This document shows positions 41,372 through 51,402 of a stretch of 64,000 bases of DNA, piece by piece. This stretch comes from an uncultured bacterium (GTDB lineage: Bacteria > Babelota > Babeliae > Babelales > Vermiphilaceae). The translations under genes and the position numbers were made by a program. The notes under the pieces were generated by a model. It saw only the letters and a list, made by a program, of their open reading frames with translations, was not told the DNA's origin and did no database searches. Positions within the stretch are counted from its first letter, which is position 1. The number at the start of each line of letters is the position of its first letter. Where the stretch lies: contig OY970212.1 of assembly GCA_963713925.1 (NCBI GenBank), positions 992,001 to 1,056,000 of the forward strand, in the 5' to 3' direction.

Positions 41372-41515
41372 ACATCACGAAGAAGCTTTTTAGAGGGAGA
41401 AAGGAATTCCTTTCTCCTTTTAACCCCATGCACAGCATGGGGGACCCATTCGTAACAACGAAACAAGCGTCGGGAATTGAACGCGAAGAGATTCAACTTA
41501 TATTAAGGAACTACC

Positions 41516-41743
41516 ATGAAAAACAAATCTAAAAAAACTTCATTTAAACAAATAGTAGATAGCACTTACGAAAATGATCAGGTAAAAATAGCTGAACCTG
41601 AAAAGAAATCCCCTCATAAAAAAAGTAAAAATCAAGGGCCAGCGCATGGCGTTAAAAGTATATATGAAACCGATGAAAATCATTATTTAGAACGCAAAAG
41701 AGGTATTAAAAATCCTGCTCAAACAATGGGAAATCGTAAGTAA
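41516..41743 (+). CDS. Small basic hypothetical protein
   Basis: AAGGA SD; repeated S(T/I)YE motif. Confidence 0.6.
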   Translation: MKNKSKKTSFKQIVDSTYENDQVKIAEPEKKSPHKKSKNQGPAHGVKSIYETDENHYLERKRGIKNPAQTMGNRK

Positions 41744-41896
41744 AGGTTTATACGAAAATTAAGCTTTCTGAATAAAAAAGGCGGTTGTCATGCTGAACTT
41801 GTTTCAGCATCTAGGCTAGATCTAGGTTAAGTGGATCCTGAAATAAATTCAGGATGACGCGGCAACAAGGAACTTTCGGGGTTTTCAGATAAGCTT
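41744..41896 (+). mobile_element. MITE copy 3, TAA target duplication
   Basis: TAA-AGGTTTATACGAAAA...TTTTCAGATAAGCTT-TAA. Confidence 0.78.
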
Positions 41897-41908
41897 TAAT
41901 ATATCATT

Positions 41909-43267
41909 TCAATCCAACTCAAATGATTCTAAATATTTCGGAATGACAACAGACCAGCCAAAACGTTCTACTATTTTCTGTTGTAATGATTGAATGCCCT
42001 CAGGCTCGCCATGCGTCACGAATACTTTTTTAGGTGGGGTTTCAAAATGCCCAAGCCATTGCAAAATTTCAGGGTAATCTGCGTGTGCTGAAAGCGTGCT
42101 TATTATTTTGATTTTGGCATGAACGTCATACGATTGACCATGTATTTTTATTTTTTTTGCACCATCGATTAACATATACCCTAAAGTTCCCGGCGCTTGA
42201 AAACCCATAAAAACGATCGTATTTTTCTGATCGGAAATAAAATGTTCCAAATGATGCACCACCCGCCCCCCATCTGCCATGCCGCTTCCGGCAACAATAA
42301 TCGCCGGCTTCTTGCTGCGATCAATAGTTTTTGATTCATCTGCGGTTGGTGTAAAAGTAGCTACTTTAAAAATATCTTCACATACAGACTCTGATAATTC
42401 AAGCTCATCTTTAAACTGACAAAAAAAATTGGTAACGCCGATGGCCAAAGGGCTATCTAAATAAATGGGAACCTGCGGCAAAGCATTTGCTTGCTTGAGC
42501 TGATAGAGACAATACAGAACTTCTTGGGTGCGTCCCACCGCAAAACTCGGTATTACAACAACGCCCCCTCTTTTTACTGTTTCATTAATAACAGTGCTTA
42601 ACGCTTTGATAGGGTCTTCTTCTTTATGAATTCTATTGCCATAGGTAGATTCGATGACCAAAAAATCAGTCTGCTTTAGGTATGTAGGAGGTCTCATAAT
42701 AAGTTGATGCGGCCGCCCAAGATCGCCCGAAAAAGTGAGTTTTTGTTTGCCATCTGAGATGACAACAAATGATGAACCGAGAATATGACCGGAATAAATG
42801 AGCGTAGCTTGCAAAGAATCTCCGAGATCTATCGTGGTATCATAATCCACTGTATGAAAAAAATGTAATGAGTTTTTTGCATCATCTTCAGTGTATAATG
42901 GCTCTACTTTCGGATGATTCGGATCCGCAGATGCATTGATACGTTTTGCTTCTTCTTCCTGCAAATGGCCGCTATCAATCAAAACAAGCGAGCATAATGC
43001 ATATGTTGCCTTTGAACAATATATTTTTCCTTTAAATCCATTTTTCACAAATACCGGAATATAACCGGTGTGATCTATGTGCGCGTGCGTGAGCACGAGT
43101 GCATCAATGCTTTTTGGGTCGATGGGAAGCGGTTGCCAGTTGCGCCGAGTAAGTTCTCTCGGGCCCTGAAACATGCCGCAATCAACTAAAATTTTTATAT
43201 TTTCATGTTCAATAAGATACTTTGATCCAGTTACTTCTTCTGTTGCACCCAAAAAAGTTATTTTCAT
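41909..43267 (-). CDS. MBL-fold beta-CASP ribonuclease
   Basis: VDCG, THAHIDH, GHILGS, FSGDLG, ESTYG, SAHAD, VTHGE. Confidence 0.95.
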   Translation of the reverse strand: MKITFLGATEEVTGSKYLIEHENIKILVDCGMFQGPRELTRRNWQPLPIDPKSIDALVLTHAHIDHTGYIPVFVKNGFKGKIYCSKATYALCSLVLIDSGHLQEEEAKRINASADPNHPKVEPLYTEDDAKNSLHFFHTVDYDTTIDLGDSLQATLIYSGHILGSSFVVISDGKQKLTFSGDLGRPHQLIMRPPTYLKQTDFLVIESTYGNRIHKEEDPIKALSTVINETVKRGGVVVIPSFAVGRTQEVLYCLYQLKQANALPQVPIYLDSPLAIGVTNFFCQFKDELELSESVCEDIFKVATFTPTADESKTIDRSKKPAIIVAGSGMADGGRVVHHLEHFISDQKNTIVFMGFQAPGTLGYMLIDGAKKIKIHGQSYDVHAKIKIISTLSAHADYPEILQWLGHFETPPKKVFVTHGEPEGIQSLQQKIVERFGWSVVIPKYLESFELD

Positions 43268-43423
43268 TGTTCACCCGTTTTTTAAAAACTATGTAACGAG
43301 CTTAAAATAAACGAAGTAGCTTTTTGTAGAATATTGACCAAAAAATCCCCGAAGCCAACTTCGAGGAGTTTTGAGTAAATAGATTTTTCAATCAAAATTT
43401 TAAGATTTATATTTTTTCAAGTT

Positions 43424-43741
43424 CTAAAACATATCCTCCCAATCAAGTTCAGACATCCTAATGAACTGCCCTGATTGATTTGGTTCAATATGAATTACTT
43501 TTATTTTCGCATTCCAAACGTGATTCATATCTAGAAATTCTAATCTGCTACAATAGGGAACCGTAATACGCTGCGCAGGTTCGATAGTTATAACAGGACC
43601 AATATTATTAAGATCGTCGCAACATCCTATGGAAGAATACGTTATTGGCGTGTCATTTAAAATCGTAATTTCATCGCTCCAATCGCTTGCCATACACAGG
43701 TGCGAGAAAAAAGCCATCATCATGAATATAAGTTTTTGCAT
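43424..43741 (-). CDS. Small secreted paralog A
   Basis: MMAFFS signal and NDT motif shared with two neighbours. Confidence 0.7.
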   Translation of the reverse strand: MQKLIFMMMAFFSHLCMASDWSDEITILNDTPITYSSIGCCDDLNNIGPVITIEPAQRITVPYCSRLEFLDMNHVWNAKIKVIHIEPNQSGQFIRMSELDWEDMF

Positions 43742-43766
43742 TTCTAGTCCTTCAACGTTTTAAATT

Positions 43767-44078
43767 TTATGCTTTATCGAGCCCTAGGGAAATTAACAAA
43801 ACTGAAAGGTTAAGATTTAAAGTTTCTTCACATGTTACGCCATCAACCCATCCAATCGACCTTGGAACAGTTTCATGTTCCAAAATTTCAAAAGCAGGAC
43901 AACAGGTGAGCATAGCAGTCATTCCAGGATGAAGGCTTTTGTATTCTTCTCCCCTTATACCTCTTCCCATAAGAAGGTATCTCATCCCAGTGTCATTATA
44001 AACTTTGATTTTTCCAACTTCACCCGCCATACACGCTTGCGAGAAAAAAGCCATCATTATCAATAGAGTTCTTTGCAT
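43767..44078 (-). CDS. Small secreted paralog B
   Basis: MMAFFS signal and NDT motif. Confidence 0.7.
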   Translation of the reverse strand: MQRTLLIMMAFFSQACMAGEVGKIKVYNDTGMRYLLMGRGIRGEEYKSLHPGMTAMLTCCPAFEILEHETVPRSIGWVDGVTCEETLNLNLSVLLISLGLDKA

Positions 44079-44443
44079 TCCTGATCCTTTCTTTTATCCT
44101 GCTTTAGAACAAGCAACAAGTCCGAGAGCCTCACTTCCGATTTACATTTTGCAACATCAAACCATCCAAGCGATTTCGGATAAAACTCAAACGTCACAAT
44201 TTCAAATTTATCACAACGTTCAATTCTAATAGTGCTATTGGGGCGAAGAATTGCATGTTTCTTGCTCTGCTCAAGTCTAGTCATAATGTCAGGGGAAAGA
44301 AGTGCGCGGTCTTTTTTCTTTCCAGGACGCTTTATAAGGGCATGCCTCATTATCGTGTCATTTAAAAGGACGATCGTTTCGGAATCACTTGCAATGGAGA
44401 TTCGAGATAAAAAAGCCATCATTATCAATATAATTTTTCGCAT
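44060..44443 (-). CDS. Small secreted paralog C
   Basis: MMAFLS signal and NDT motif. Confidence 0.7.
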   Translation of the reverse strand: MRKIILIMMAFLSRISIASDSETIVLLNDTIMRHALIKRPGKKKDRALLSPDIMTRLEQSKKHAILRPNSTIRIERCDKFEIVTFEFYPKSLGWFDVAKCKSEVRLSDLLLVLKQDKRKDQECKELY

Positions 44444-44519
44444 TCCCGATCCTTTCTTAATGATTGGAAAAACTATACAACTTTCAGTCCGATTCTGTCC
44501 AGCCGATTTTGTTTCATTA

Positions 44520-44661
44520 GAGCTTATCCGAAAATCCCAGAAGTTCCTTATTGCTTTGTCATCCTGAATTTATTTCAGAATCTACTTAACCTGGATACTG
44601 AAACAAGCTCAGCATGACAACTAATCCTTTTAGTTAGAAAGCTTAATTTTCGTATAAGCTC
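44520..44661 (-). mobile_element. MITE copy 4 (inverted), 142 bp, TTA target duplication
   Basis: TTA-GAGCTTATCCGAAAA...TTTTCGTATAAGCTC-TTA. Confidence 0.8.
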
Positions 44662-44665
44662 TTAT

Positions 44666-45556
44666 TTAAAAACGTACGTTCCATGAACCCCACACAGTGA
44701 GAATAACTTTATTGCCAAATATTTTAGATTTATGATCAAAGCCATACGCAATATTCAGCAAGAACCTATTTGCAATGTTGTTAATCAAGAACCTATATTT
44801 ATAAACGAAGTAAAAGTTACTTCGTAAGTAATTCGTTTTTTGTAGAATATTATCAAGACTTGGACATATACGCGCGCCGAATCGCGAGCGGAATGTATAC
44901 CCGCCTTCTACACCGTGCTTGCTCCAATTTTTTTTGCAGGCAGCAAGAATATCTCCGACATTTCCAAGAGTAAAGTTGTATCGCTGACAATTGCTGTCTG
45001 TTGCATGGCGCGGAACAAAATAGATATAGCGGGCTCCATATAAAAAAGCGTTATTATTTCTGAATTCGTAAGAACCATCCCATTGGATACCGATGCCAAC
45101 TTGGCTATAGCCAAAGTCAACATGCTGCAGCCTCAAGATTTTATGCGTAGGAACGCCAAACAGACCTGAGAATGTCATTACTGCATCATCATTTATTATA
45201 ATAGTACGTCCACCGGTAAAAAGAATATCGTCGGCTTCCGTTCCGGAAAACGTAGTTGTATGGTCAGTAGTTTCGTGTATATGGGATACCGCGGCGTCGA
45301 CCCTGAAATAATACGGCTCAAAATCATATATAAATGAGCCCAGAGCTCCCACAAAATTTTGATGAATCGAGTCTTGATACTTCTTGCGGTATTGATCAAA
45401 CAGAAGACCTATAACAGTCTTGTTTCGCTCTTGAGAGCCTTCAACGACTATCGGTTGTTTTGTAATCTGTGCGATTCGAAAGTTATACACCATTGATATT
45501 GCCGATATTTGCGCGCAAGGGAGCACGCTCAAAAATAAAAGTCTTGTATGATTCAT
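44666..45556 (-). CDS. Probable outer-membrane beta-barrel protein
   Basis: Signal peptide, aromatic-rich strands, C-terminal WNVRF. Confidence 0.6.
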   Translation of the reverse strand: MNHTRLLFLSVLPCAQISAISMVYNFRIAQITKQPIVVEGSQERNKTVIGLLFDQYRKKYQDSIHQNFVGALGSFIYDFEPYYFRVDAAVSHIHETTDHTTTFSGTEADDILFTGGRTIIINDDAVMTFSGLFGVPTHKILRLQHVDFGYSQVGIGIQWDGSYEFRNNNAFLYGARYIYFVPRHATDSNCQRYNFTLGNVGDILAACKKNWSKHGVEGGYTFRSRFGARICPSLDNILQKTNYLRSNFYFVYKYRFLINNIANRFLLNIAYGFDHKSKIFGNKVILTVWGSWNVRF

Positions 45557-45625
45557 TACTTTTATCCTAACATAAGTTTTGTGCAATGAGGTCATTACTT
45601 TAGGCTAGGATACCGTCAGTAAGGC

Positions 45626-45976
45626 ATGAAGAATCAAGAAACGCTCAATTTAGCAGAAGAACGAACATTACTAGCCGCAGAACGGACATTTTCTGCATGG
45701 CTCAGGACAGCCCTGAGTGCCATGGCAGGCGGACTTGCGATCATACGGCTCATTCACTTTAAAAGTGAATTTCATAGAATAATAGCCCAGATCATGGGCG
45801 AAACACTCATTGTGTGGGGTTGCGTGGTGATTATTCTCGCAGCGATCGACTATAAAAAAATTCGCCACATATTAATCCATGCAAAAAATTACAAAAGTTC
45901 TCCGATTGGCTTTTTAATTATGGTAGTGCCACTTTTGTTCATATGCGCCTTACTTATATGGGTTACATTGCCGTAA
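45626..45976 (+). CDS. DUF202/YidH membrane protein
   Basis: LAAERTFSAWLRT. Confidence 0.9.
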   Translation: MKNQETLNLAEERTLLAAERTFSAWLRTALSAMAGGLAIIRLIHFKSEFHRIIAQIMGETLIVWGCVVIILAAIDYKKIRHILIHAKNYKSSPIGFLIMVVPLLFICALLIWVTLP

Positions 45977-46000
45977 GAGTGACCCACCTGTCACGTTCTT

Positions 46001-47269
46001 TTAAAAATGGACATTCAAACCAACAATAAGTCCTTGCACCCAAAACTTTTTCGTTCTGAAAAAAGGCAGTGGTCTTTCATCGCCAAAAGCCAATGGAGCT
46101 GCCGCAGACATTCCAAAAGGAATCGGTCCGGGACCAATTCCAACCGTAGCACGGGAATCATCAGCAAGACTTGTTCGTGTAGAATTGATTTTTCGGTCTA
46201 TCTGATCAGCAGCTCGCGCTACCTGTGACAAAAGAATAAAATTATAACCCAACGTAAGCTCAATATGCTTATGCACACTATATCCACCACGAATAATTGT
46301 CTCAAGCATGCCCCCAAATTTATTCCGTCTACAAGAGCCGATGTTTGATGGTTGTGTAAAAATACCTCCCGATAATACTTGTCCCGGACTATTTAAGGTT
46401 AAGAAAAAAAGATTACCGGTTATTGTTTGACTTTCACCATTAATACAATGTTGATTGCGCATCAGTCCAATGCCGCCGGTAATTACCGTCTCCAATCTGC
46501 ATGTAGTATGAATATACTCGCCTCGTATTCCAAACAAGAATCCATAAAAATTATTTTTTGTCTTAAATTGATCTGTAAAGTTGAAAAAGCCTGATGGAAT
46601 TGATGCATTAAAAGTTGTATACGTTTGCCCAACAAGGCTCAGCGATTCTAAAAATTGCATCCACCCAAAACCTCCTGAAGCTACTAAGAAAGCGCAATCT
46701 CCTGCATAAACAGGAAAAGTTGCATTAAGTTCAGCCCCTTGAAATTTTGTTGCTCCGCACAGCTTAAATGCGCCTTCAAAACCTGGATCGCCGAATAATG
46801 GCCCAGGAAGAACCGCTATTGTTTCTCCCGGCAAGCCATTCAGGCCCCAAACACCCGTTATATCAAATACAGGAACCGCGAGATTAGCAGAACCGGGTTG
46901 ACCGGACGTTGCCGAAGATCGTTGTGAATGATGCGTTGGCAATAAAAAATAACTCATTTCAAGATCAATAGCTTTGCATTCATCCAGCAGTGCACCAACT
47001 AAAAAACGAAATCCAGCATTATTTCTTGGATTGATATTGCAACTGCTCAATTGGATCTTTGTGCCCGGCTGTCCAAGAGCACCCGGTAACGGATCAGTGA
47101 GTGCAGCTGATGTCACAAGGGGAACATTCGTATTATTTTTACTTATCCACCAATAAAGAAATTCTGCCTGGACAGACCAACAATTATTCTCTCGATAGGG
47201 CCTTGCGATCGCACCAAATGAAATGAGCGACAACAGACTCAAAACAATAATACAACCTTTTTTTACCAT
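46001..47269 (-). CDS. BBP7-like outer-membrane beta-barrel
   Basis: AEFLYWW, VARAADQIDRKIN, FWVQGLIVG..F. Confidence 0.75.
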   Translation of the reverse strand: MVKKGCIIVLSLLSLISFGAIARPYRENNCWSVQAEFLYWWISKNNTNVPLVTSAALTDPLPGALGQPGTKIQLSSCNINPRNNAGFRFLVGALLDECKAIDLEMSYFLLPTHHSQRSSATSGQPGSANLAVPVFDITGVWGLNGLPGETIAVLPGPLFGDPGFEGAFKLCGATKFQGAELNATFPVYAGDCAFLVASGGFGWMQFLESLSLVGQTYTTFNASIPSGFFNFTDQFKTKNNFYGFLFGIRGEYIHTTCRLETVITGGIGLMRNQHCINGESQTITGNLFFLTLNSPGQVLSGGIFTQPSNIGSCRRNKFGGMLETIIRGGYSVHKHIELTLGYNFILLSQVARAADQIDRKINSTRTSLADDSRATVGIGPGPIPFGMSAAAPLAFGDERPLPFFRTKKFWVQGLIVGLNVHF

Positions 47270-47357
47270 ACACGCATTCTTTATTAAAAATGTATTGCAG
47301 ATTACCATTTCACTGCATCAAAACAAAAGAAATAAGAGTTGCAATTGACGGTGGCTC

Positions 47358-47912
47358 TTATTTTTTCTTTACGACTTCTGCGAACATTTCTATCATTGCA
47401 GGATTGTATACAGGTAAGTCTGCAGGCCATCTGCTCGTTACCAAAAGACCATCTCTCACCACCGGCTTATCGACCCATATTGCACCAGCATTCACAAGAT
47501 CGATTTTAATCGAAGGCCATGAGGTGACGGTTTTTCCTTTTACGCCATTCGCGTTAATGAGAGTCCAGGGCCCATGGCAAATTGCTGCAATTGGTTTTTT
47601 AGCATCGACAAATGCTTTGATAAAAGCAATTGCCGATTCAAACCTGCGTAGTTTATCAGGATTTATTACTCCACCTGGAAGATGCAGAGCATCGAAATCA
47701 TCCGGATTTGCATTATTCAAATCAAGGTCTACAGGAAATTCATCTCTCCATTGGTCATCAATCCATCCCCTTATTTTTCCATATACGGGAGAAATAAGCA
47801 CCGTTTTAGCACCGGCTTGATCTAACGCTTTTCTAGGCTCTGTCATCTCATTTTGTTCAAAACCAGTATCGCAAAGGATCGCAACTTTGAGTCCTTCTAA
47901 TGGTTTTTTCAT
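47358..47912 (-). CDS. PfpI/DJ-1 family protein
   Basis: GFEQNE, LPGG, AAICHG, VTSR. Confidence 0.93.
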   Translation of the reverse strand: MKKPLEGLKVAILCDTGFEQNEMTEPRKALDQAGAKTVLISPVYGKIRGWIDDQWRDEFPVDLDLNNANPDDFDALHLPGGVINPDKLRRFESAIAFIKAFVDAKKPIAAICHGPWTLINANGVKGKTVTSWPSIKIDLVNAGAIWVDKPVVRDGLLVTSRWPADLPVYNPAMIEMFAEVVKKK

Positions 47913-48044
47913 GGAGATTCCTTTATTTTATAAATATCGTTTTATATCTTATAAATATTTTTGAAGTAAAAAATAAAGAGTTTCCATGATCGTTTGCTAA
48001 ACTTGTCGGTCGAAGCCTTAAGATTGATGCAAACAAAGAATGTA

Positions 48045-49340
48045 CTATATTTTTATAGTAAGTAATTCATTCCAATTGGTTGTATACGCTTGGGACTTGA
48101 ATGCTCTTTTCGTTTGCCACGATTGTTTAATACCGGCCGCTGCAAAGAAAACTTTGTTTCTTCCCATTTTCTTGTTAACAGTATCGACTGCTTCAATAAT
48201 CTGATTTTGTTTTTCAGTATTAGGCTGCTGTATGAATGTATTCAATTGAATAAAATCAGCAGGGTAAAGACCTTCAAGGATAATTCCTACTTTTTTGTAG
48301 ATAAAACCTTTTTTAAATAACTTTGCTAAGCATTGATTTGCATAATTGATTAATGTTGGTGTGTATGAAGTGGGCATATCGAGTTCAATAGTATGTGAAT
48401 TATAGAAACGTTGAGATTCAAACTGATGCGTATAACAAACAAAAACGGTCATAAGACTGGCTATACTTTTTTCTGATCTTAATTTTTCTCCAGCAATAGT
48501 AGCATGAGAAGCAACGCCTTCTTGCAACGCATCAATCTCTGAAACATTTCTCCCAAACATGCGAGATACCGTAATAGATTGTTTCGAATTAGGAATATCA
48601 TCAAGAGAAAAACAAGGAGTGCCTCTTAACTCTGTTACTGTCTTGAGCCCATTAATAGTTAAATTCTTGCGAATCCATTGGTCAGAGCACTGAATAAATT
48701 GATACACATTCTTTATGTTATAGTTATGTAAGAATTTTGCGTATCGATAACCAATTCCCCAAATTTCACTCACATCAATCTTTTGTAGCCATGCATCTGC
48801 CTCCGGATGATTGGTAATATCAAACACGCCATTAAATTGTGGGTTCTTTTTTGCAATATGATTGGCTATTTTTGCTAATGTTTTTGTCGGGCCCAAGCCA
48901 ATAGAAAGAGGGATTCCTGTTTTTTGTGTTACATTTTTTCTTACATACTGACCATATTGTTGAAAGTAAGTACGTTCCTCATCTATTGACTTGTAATCTT
49001 TCAACATGGTTGGGAAGTGCAAAAATGCTTCATCAACAGAATACACTTCGATGTCGGTTGAGTACTCTGTTAATGCCTGCATCACGCGGGATGACATGTC
49101 ACCATACAATGCAAAATTCGCTGAATAGACAATGACTTTATATTTTTGAAAGAGGTATCTGCATTCGAAAGCCGGTTGTCCCATTTTTATGCCAAGCTGC
49201 TTTGCTTCATTTGATCGAGCAATAACACAAGCATCATTGCTTGAAAGTACGACAACAGGTTTTCCCACCAATTTGGGATTAAAGACACGCTCACATGAAA
49301 CAAAAAAATTATTACAGTCAGCGAGAGCAAAACGTTTCAT
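48045..49340 (-). CDS. umuC: Y-family DNA polymerase V subunit
   Basis: DCNNFFVSCE, YSVDE, TKTLAK, YTTNW. Confidence 0.93.
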   Translation of the reverse strand: MKRFALADCNNFFVSCERVFNPKLVGKPVVVLSSNDACVIARSNEAKQLGIKMGQPAFECRYLFQKYKVIVYSANFALYGDMSSRVMQALTEYSTDIEVYSVDEAFLHFPTMLKDYKSIDEERTYFQQYGQYVRKNVTQKTGIPLSIGLGPTKTLAKIANHIAKKNPQFNGVFDITNHPEADAWLQKIDVSEIWGIGYRYAKFLHNYNIKNVYQFIQCSDQWIRKNLTINGLKTVTELRGTPCFSLDDIPNSKQSITVSRMFGRNVSEIDALQEGVASHATIAGEKLRSEKSIASLMTVFVCYTHQFESQRFYNSHTIELDMPTSYTPTLINYANQCLAKLFKKGFIYKKVGIILEGLYPADFIQLNTFIQQPNTEKQNQIIEAVDTVNKKMGRNKVFFAAAGIKQSWQTKRAFKSQAYTTNWNELLTIKI

Positions 49341-49344
49341 TTCG

Positions 49345-49788
49345 TTATGAAGTTTGATGAATTACAAAAGTTACAATTCCCCATACTTCAAAATCAGTCT
49401 CTTTTTTTATTTCTATAGGCTTATAATTATCATTTTCTGCTATCAATGATATGTTATTCCCATTTATTTTAACTCTTTTTACGGTAAATTCGTCATGTAT
49501 TCTGACAATAGCAATCTTATTATTCGCCACCGACAAAGAACGGTCGACAATCAAAATATCACCTGAATTAATGCCAGCATTTATCATTGAATCGCCAATA
49601 ACACGTATAAAAAAAGTTGCAGACGGATGAGTGATCAGTAAATCATTGAGATCTAAAGAATTTTCAATAAAATTTTCTGCAGATGAAGGAAAGCCTGCAG
49701 AAACTAACGATTCTGAAAAAGGTATTACACATGGCTTAAGCGCTTCAAGTCTTGCAATAATCTGTATTTGTTTGTCTGTTTTATTCAT
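49345..49788 (-). CDS. umuD: UmuD (S24 peptidase)
   Basis: AGFPS cleavage site, GDSM, FTVK. Confidence 0.93.
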   Translation of the reverse strand: MNKTDKQIQIIARLEALKPCVIPFSESLVSAGFPSSAENFIENSLDLNDLLITHPSATFFIRVIGDSMINAGINSGDILIVDRSLSVANNKIAIVRIHDEFTVKRVKINGNNISLIAENDNYKPIEIKKETDFEVWGIVTFVIHQTS

Positions 49789-49880
49789 AACATTTTATGT
49801 AATTTGACCATTTGCTTGATGATTCTCATGAAGATGGATCAATCGGTTGAATTGAGTTTTTAGGTCGGTAGAATAGTCTA

Positions 49881-50387
49881 TCATAATTTATCATTAATTT
49901 CTTTTACTATTGGTAACAAATCACTTTTTGCTTGCTCACCGGTTTCCAATCGATGCACTATTTCGTCAGGAGTGAGCCAATAATATTCAACAAAATCATC
50001 GGTATTAAACGTCGGCGCAATATCAGAATAGATAACATACACCCACATGAAAGCCGAAATTCCGTGAGTCAGCGGAGTTAATCGCGCGACTTTTTTAAAT
50101 GAGACGGTATTAACATCAATGTTCAATTCTTCTGCAGTTTCACGCGCAAAAGCATGATCGTAATCTTCTCCGGCGGCAACATGTCCCCCCACGCTGCAAT
50201 CTAAAGATAATGGAAATAGCTTTTTGTTAGGGTGACGGCGTGGAATCCATAATTGTTTTTGTGTATTACATACAAAAGCATTAATTACTCTAAAAGAGAG
50301 TTGTTGAGCATACACGACGCTTCTTTTTTCTTGACCAATCACCTCATCAAGAGGTGATACAATATCCAAAATTTCATCGTAAGTCAT
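49881..50387 (-). CDS. NUDIX hydrolase (YfcD/IDI-like)
   Basis: GGHVAAGEDYDHAFARETAEEL. Confidence 0.9.
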   Translation of the reverse strand: MTYDEILDIVSPLDEVIGQEKRSVVYAQQLSFRVINAFVCNTQKQLWIPRRHPNKKLFPLSLDCSVGGHVAAGEDYDHAFARETAEELNIDVNTVSFKKVARLTPLTHGISAFMWVYVIYSDIAPTFNTDDFVEYYWLTPDEIVHRLETGEQAKSDLLPIVKEINDKL

Positions 50388-50582
50388 TTTGAAGCCTCCG
50401 TTAATGCAGTCGTAGATATAAATTCCTTATTGGGCGCGTTTATAAAACCATTGAAATTAGATCATTAAACGTGGTTAGTATGTTTTGGTAGCTACTCAAA
50501 AGAAAATCAACCTTCATAAAAATAATGAATCTTAGAGTAAAGATAAAAAACAATTAAATCACGAAAAAAAGAAAGACTTTCT

Positions 50583-50840
50583 ATGATTAAAAAATTATTT
50601 TTATCATTTTGCTCAGCTGTCGCAATGGGTATACCTTCAATCGCCAAGGCGTCAAAGATAGTCCATGTTACTCCTGAAGAATTTAAAAGGGTAGCTGGTG
50701 AACCCGGCAGAATTATTGTTGAAGATGCCAATGTCCATCGTTATTATGCAGTTAGAGACGGAATATTTTTTAGTACTTCTTCACAAGCGACCATCCCTTT
50801 TCCTTCAATGAATGTAATAAAAGGTACTTTAGCCAAATGA
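50583..50840 (+). CDS. Small hypothetical secreted protein
   Basis: Signal-like N-terminus; followed by a terminator at ~50885-50915. Confidence 0.55.
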   Translation: MIKKLFLSFCSAVAMGIPSIAKASKIVHVTPEEFKRVAGEPGRIIVEDANVHRYYAVRDGIFFSTSSQATIPFPSMNVIKGTLAK

Positions 50841-51034
50841 TTAATGTCAGTACTCATTGATTTCATAAATCATTAATCGTAAAAAAAGGGCAAGATTTTC
50901 GGCTTGCTCTTTTTTTGTTTTCAATAATTCGGTCCGCTTTGCCCTTATACTTACCGTTCAAGCCGGATTTCTTTAATAGAGAAAGACCGAAATTAATGAG
51001 TAAACCCTAGCAACGCTTCTTCTTTATTAATCTC

Positions 51035-51063
51035 TTGAAATCCAGTAGCTTATAAGCTAAAAT
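51035..51063 (+). promoter_or_regulatory. TA operon promoter with palindromic operator
   Basis: TTGAAA-17-TAAAAT; perfect palindrome TAGCTTATAAGCTA at 51046-51059. Confidence 0.7.
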
Positions 51064-51069
51064 GGTGTT

Positions 51070-51402
51070 ATGAGCCTAATAAAAACAATCGTTTACAAAA
51101 CAAGCACAGGGAAAGAGCCCTTTACCCAATGGCTTCTTGATCTTGATCAAAAGACAAGAGCTATAGTTGTTACGAGAATAAAACGTGTCAATTTGGGTAA
51201 TTTCGGGGGTTGTAAGATGCTCAAACAAGCTTCAGGTGTTTGGGAATTAGTGATCGATTACGGTCCGGGATACCGAGTCTACTTTGGTAAGCAGGGTAAT
51301 ACCATAGTTGTTTTATTAGTCGGGGGAGACAAAGGAAGCCAAGAAAAAGACATAACAAAGGCTCAAAAGTATTGGCTTGATTATAAGGGGTCAATCGAAT
51401 GA
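51070..51402 (+). CDS. RelE/HigB-type addiction module toxin
   Basis: PFTQWL, GNFG, ELVIDYGPGYRVYF, GGDK. Confidence 0.92.
   Translation: MSLIKTIVYKTSTGKEPFTQWLLDLDQKTRAIVVTRIKRVNLGNFGGCKMLKQASGVWELVIDYGPGYRVYFGKQGNTIVVLLVGGDKGSQEKDITKAQKYWLDYKGSIE

Noticed and set aside
47290..47820. 176-aa plus-strand ORF
   Set aside because: Antisense to the well-supported PfpI gene
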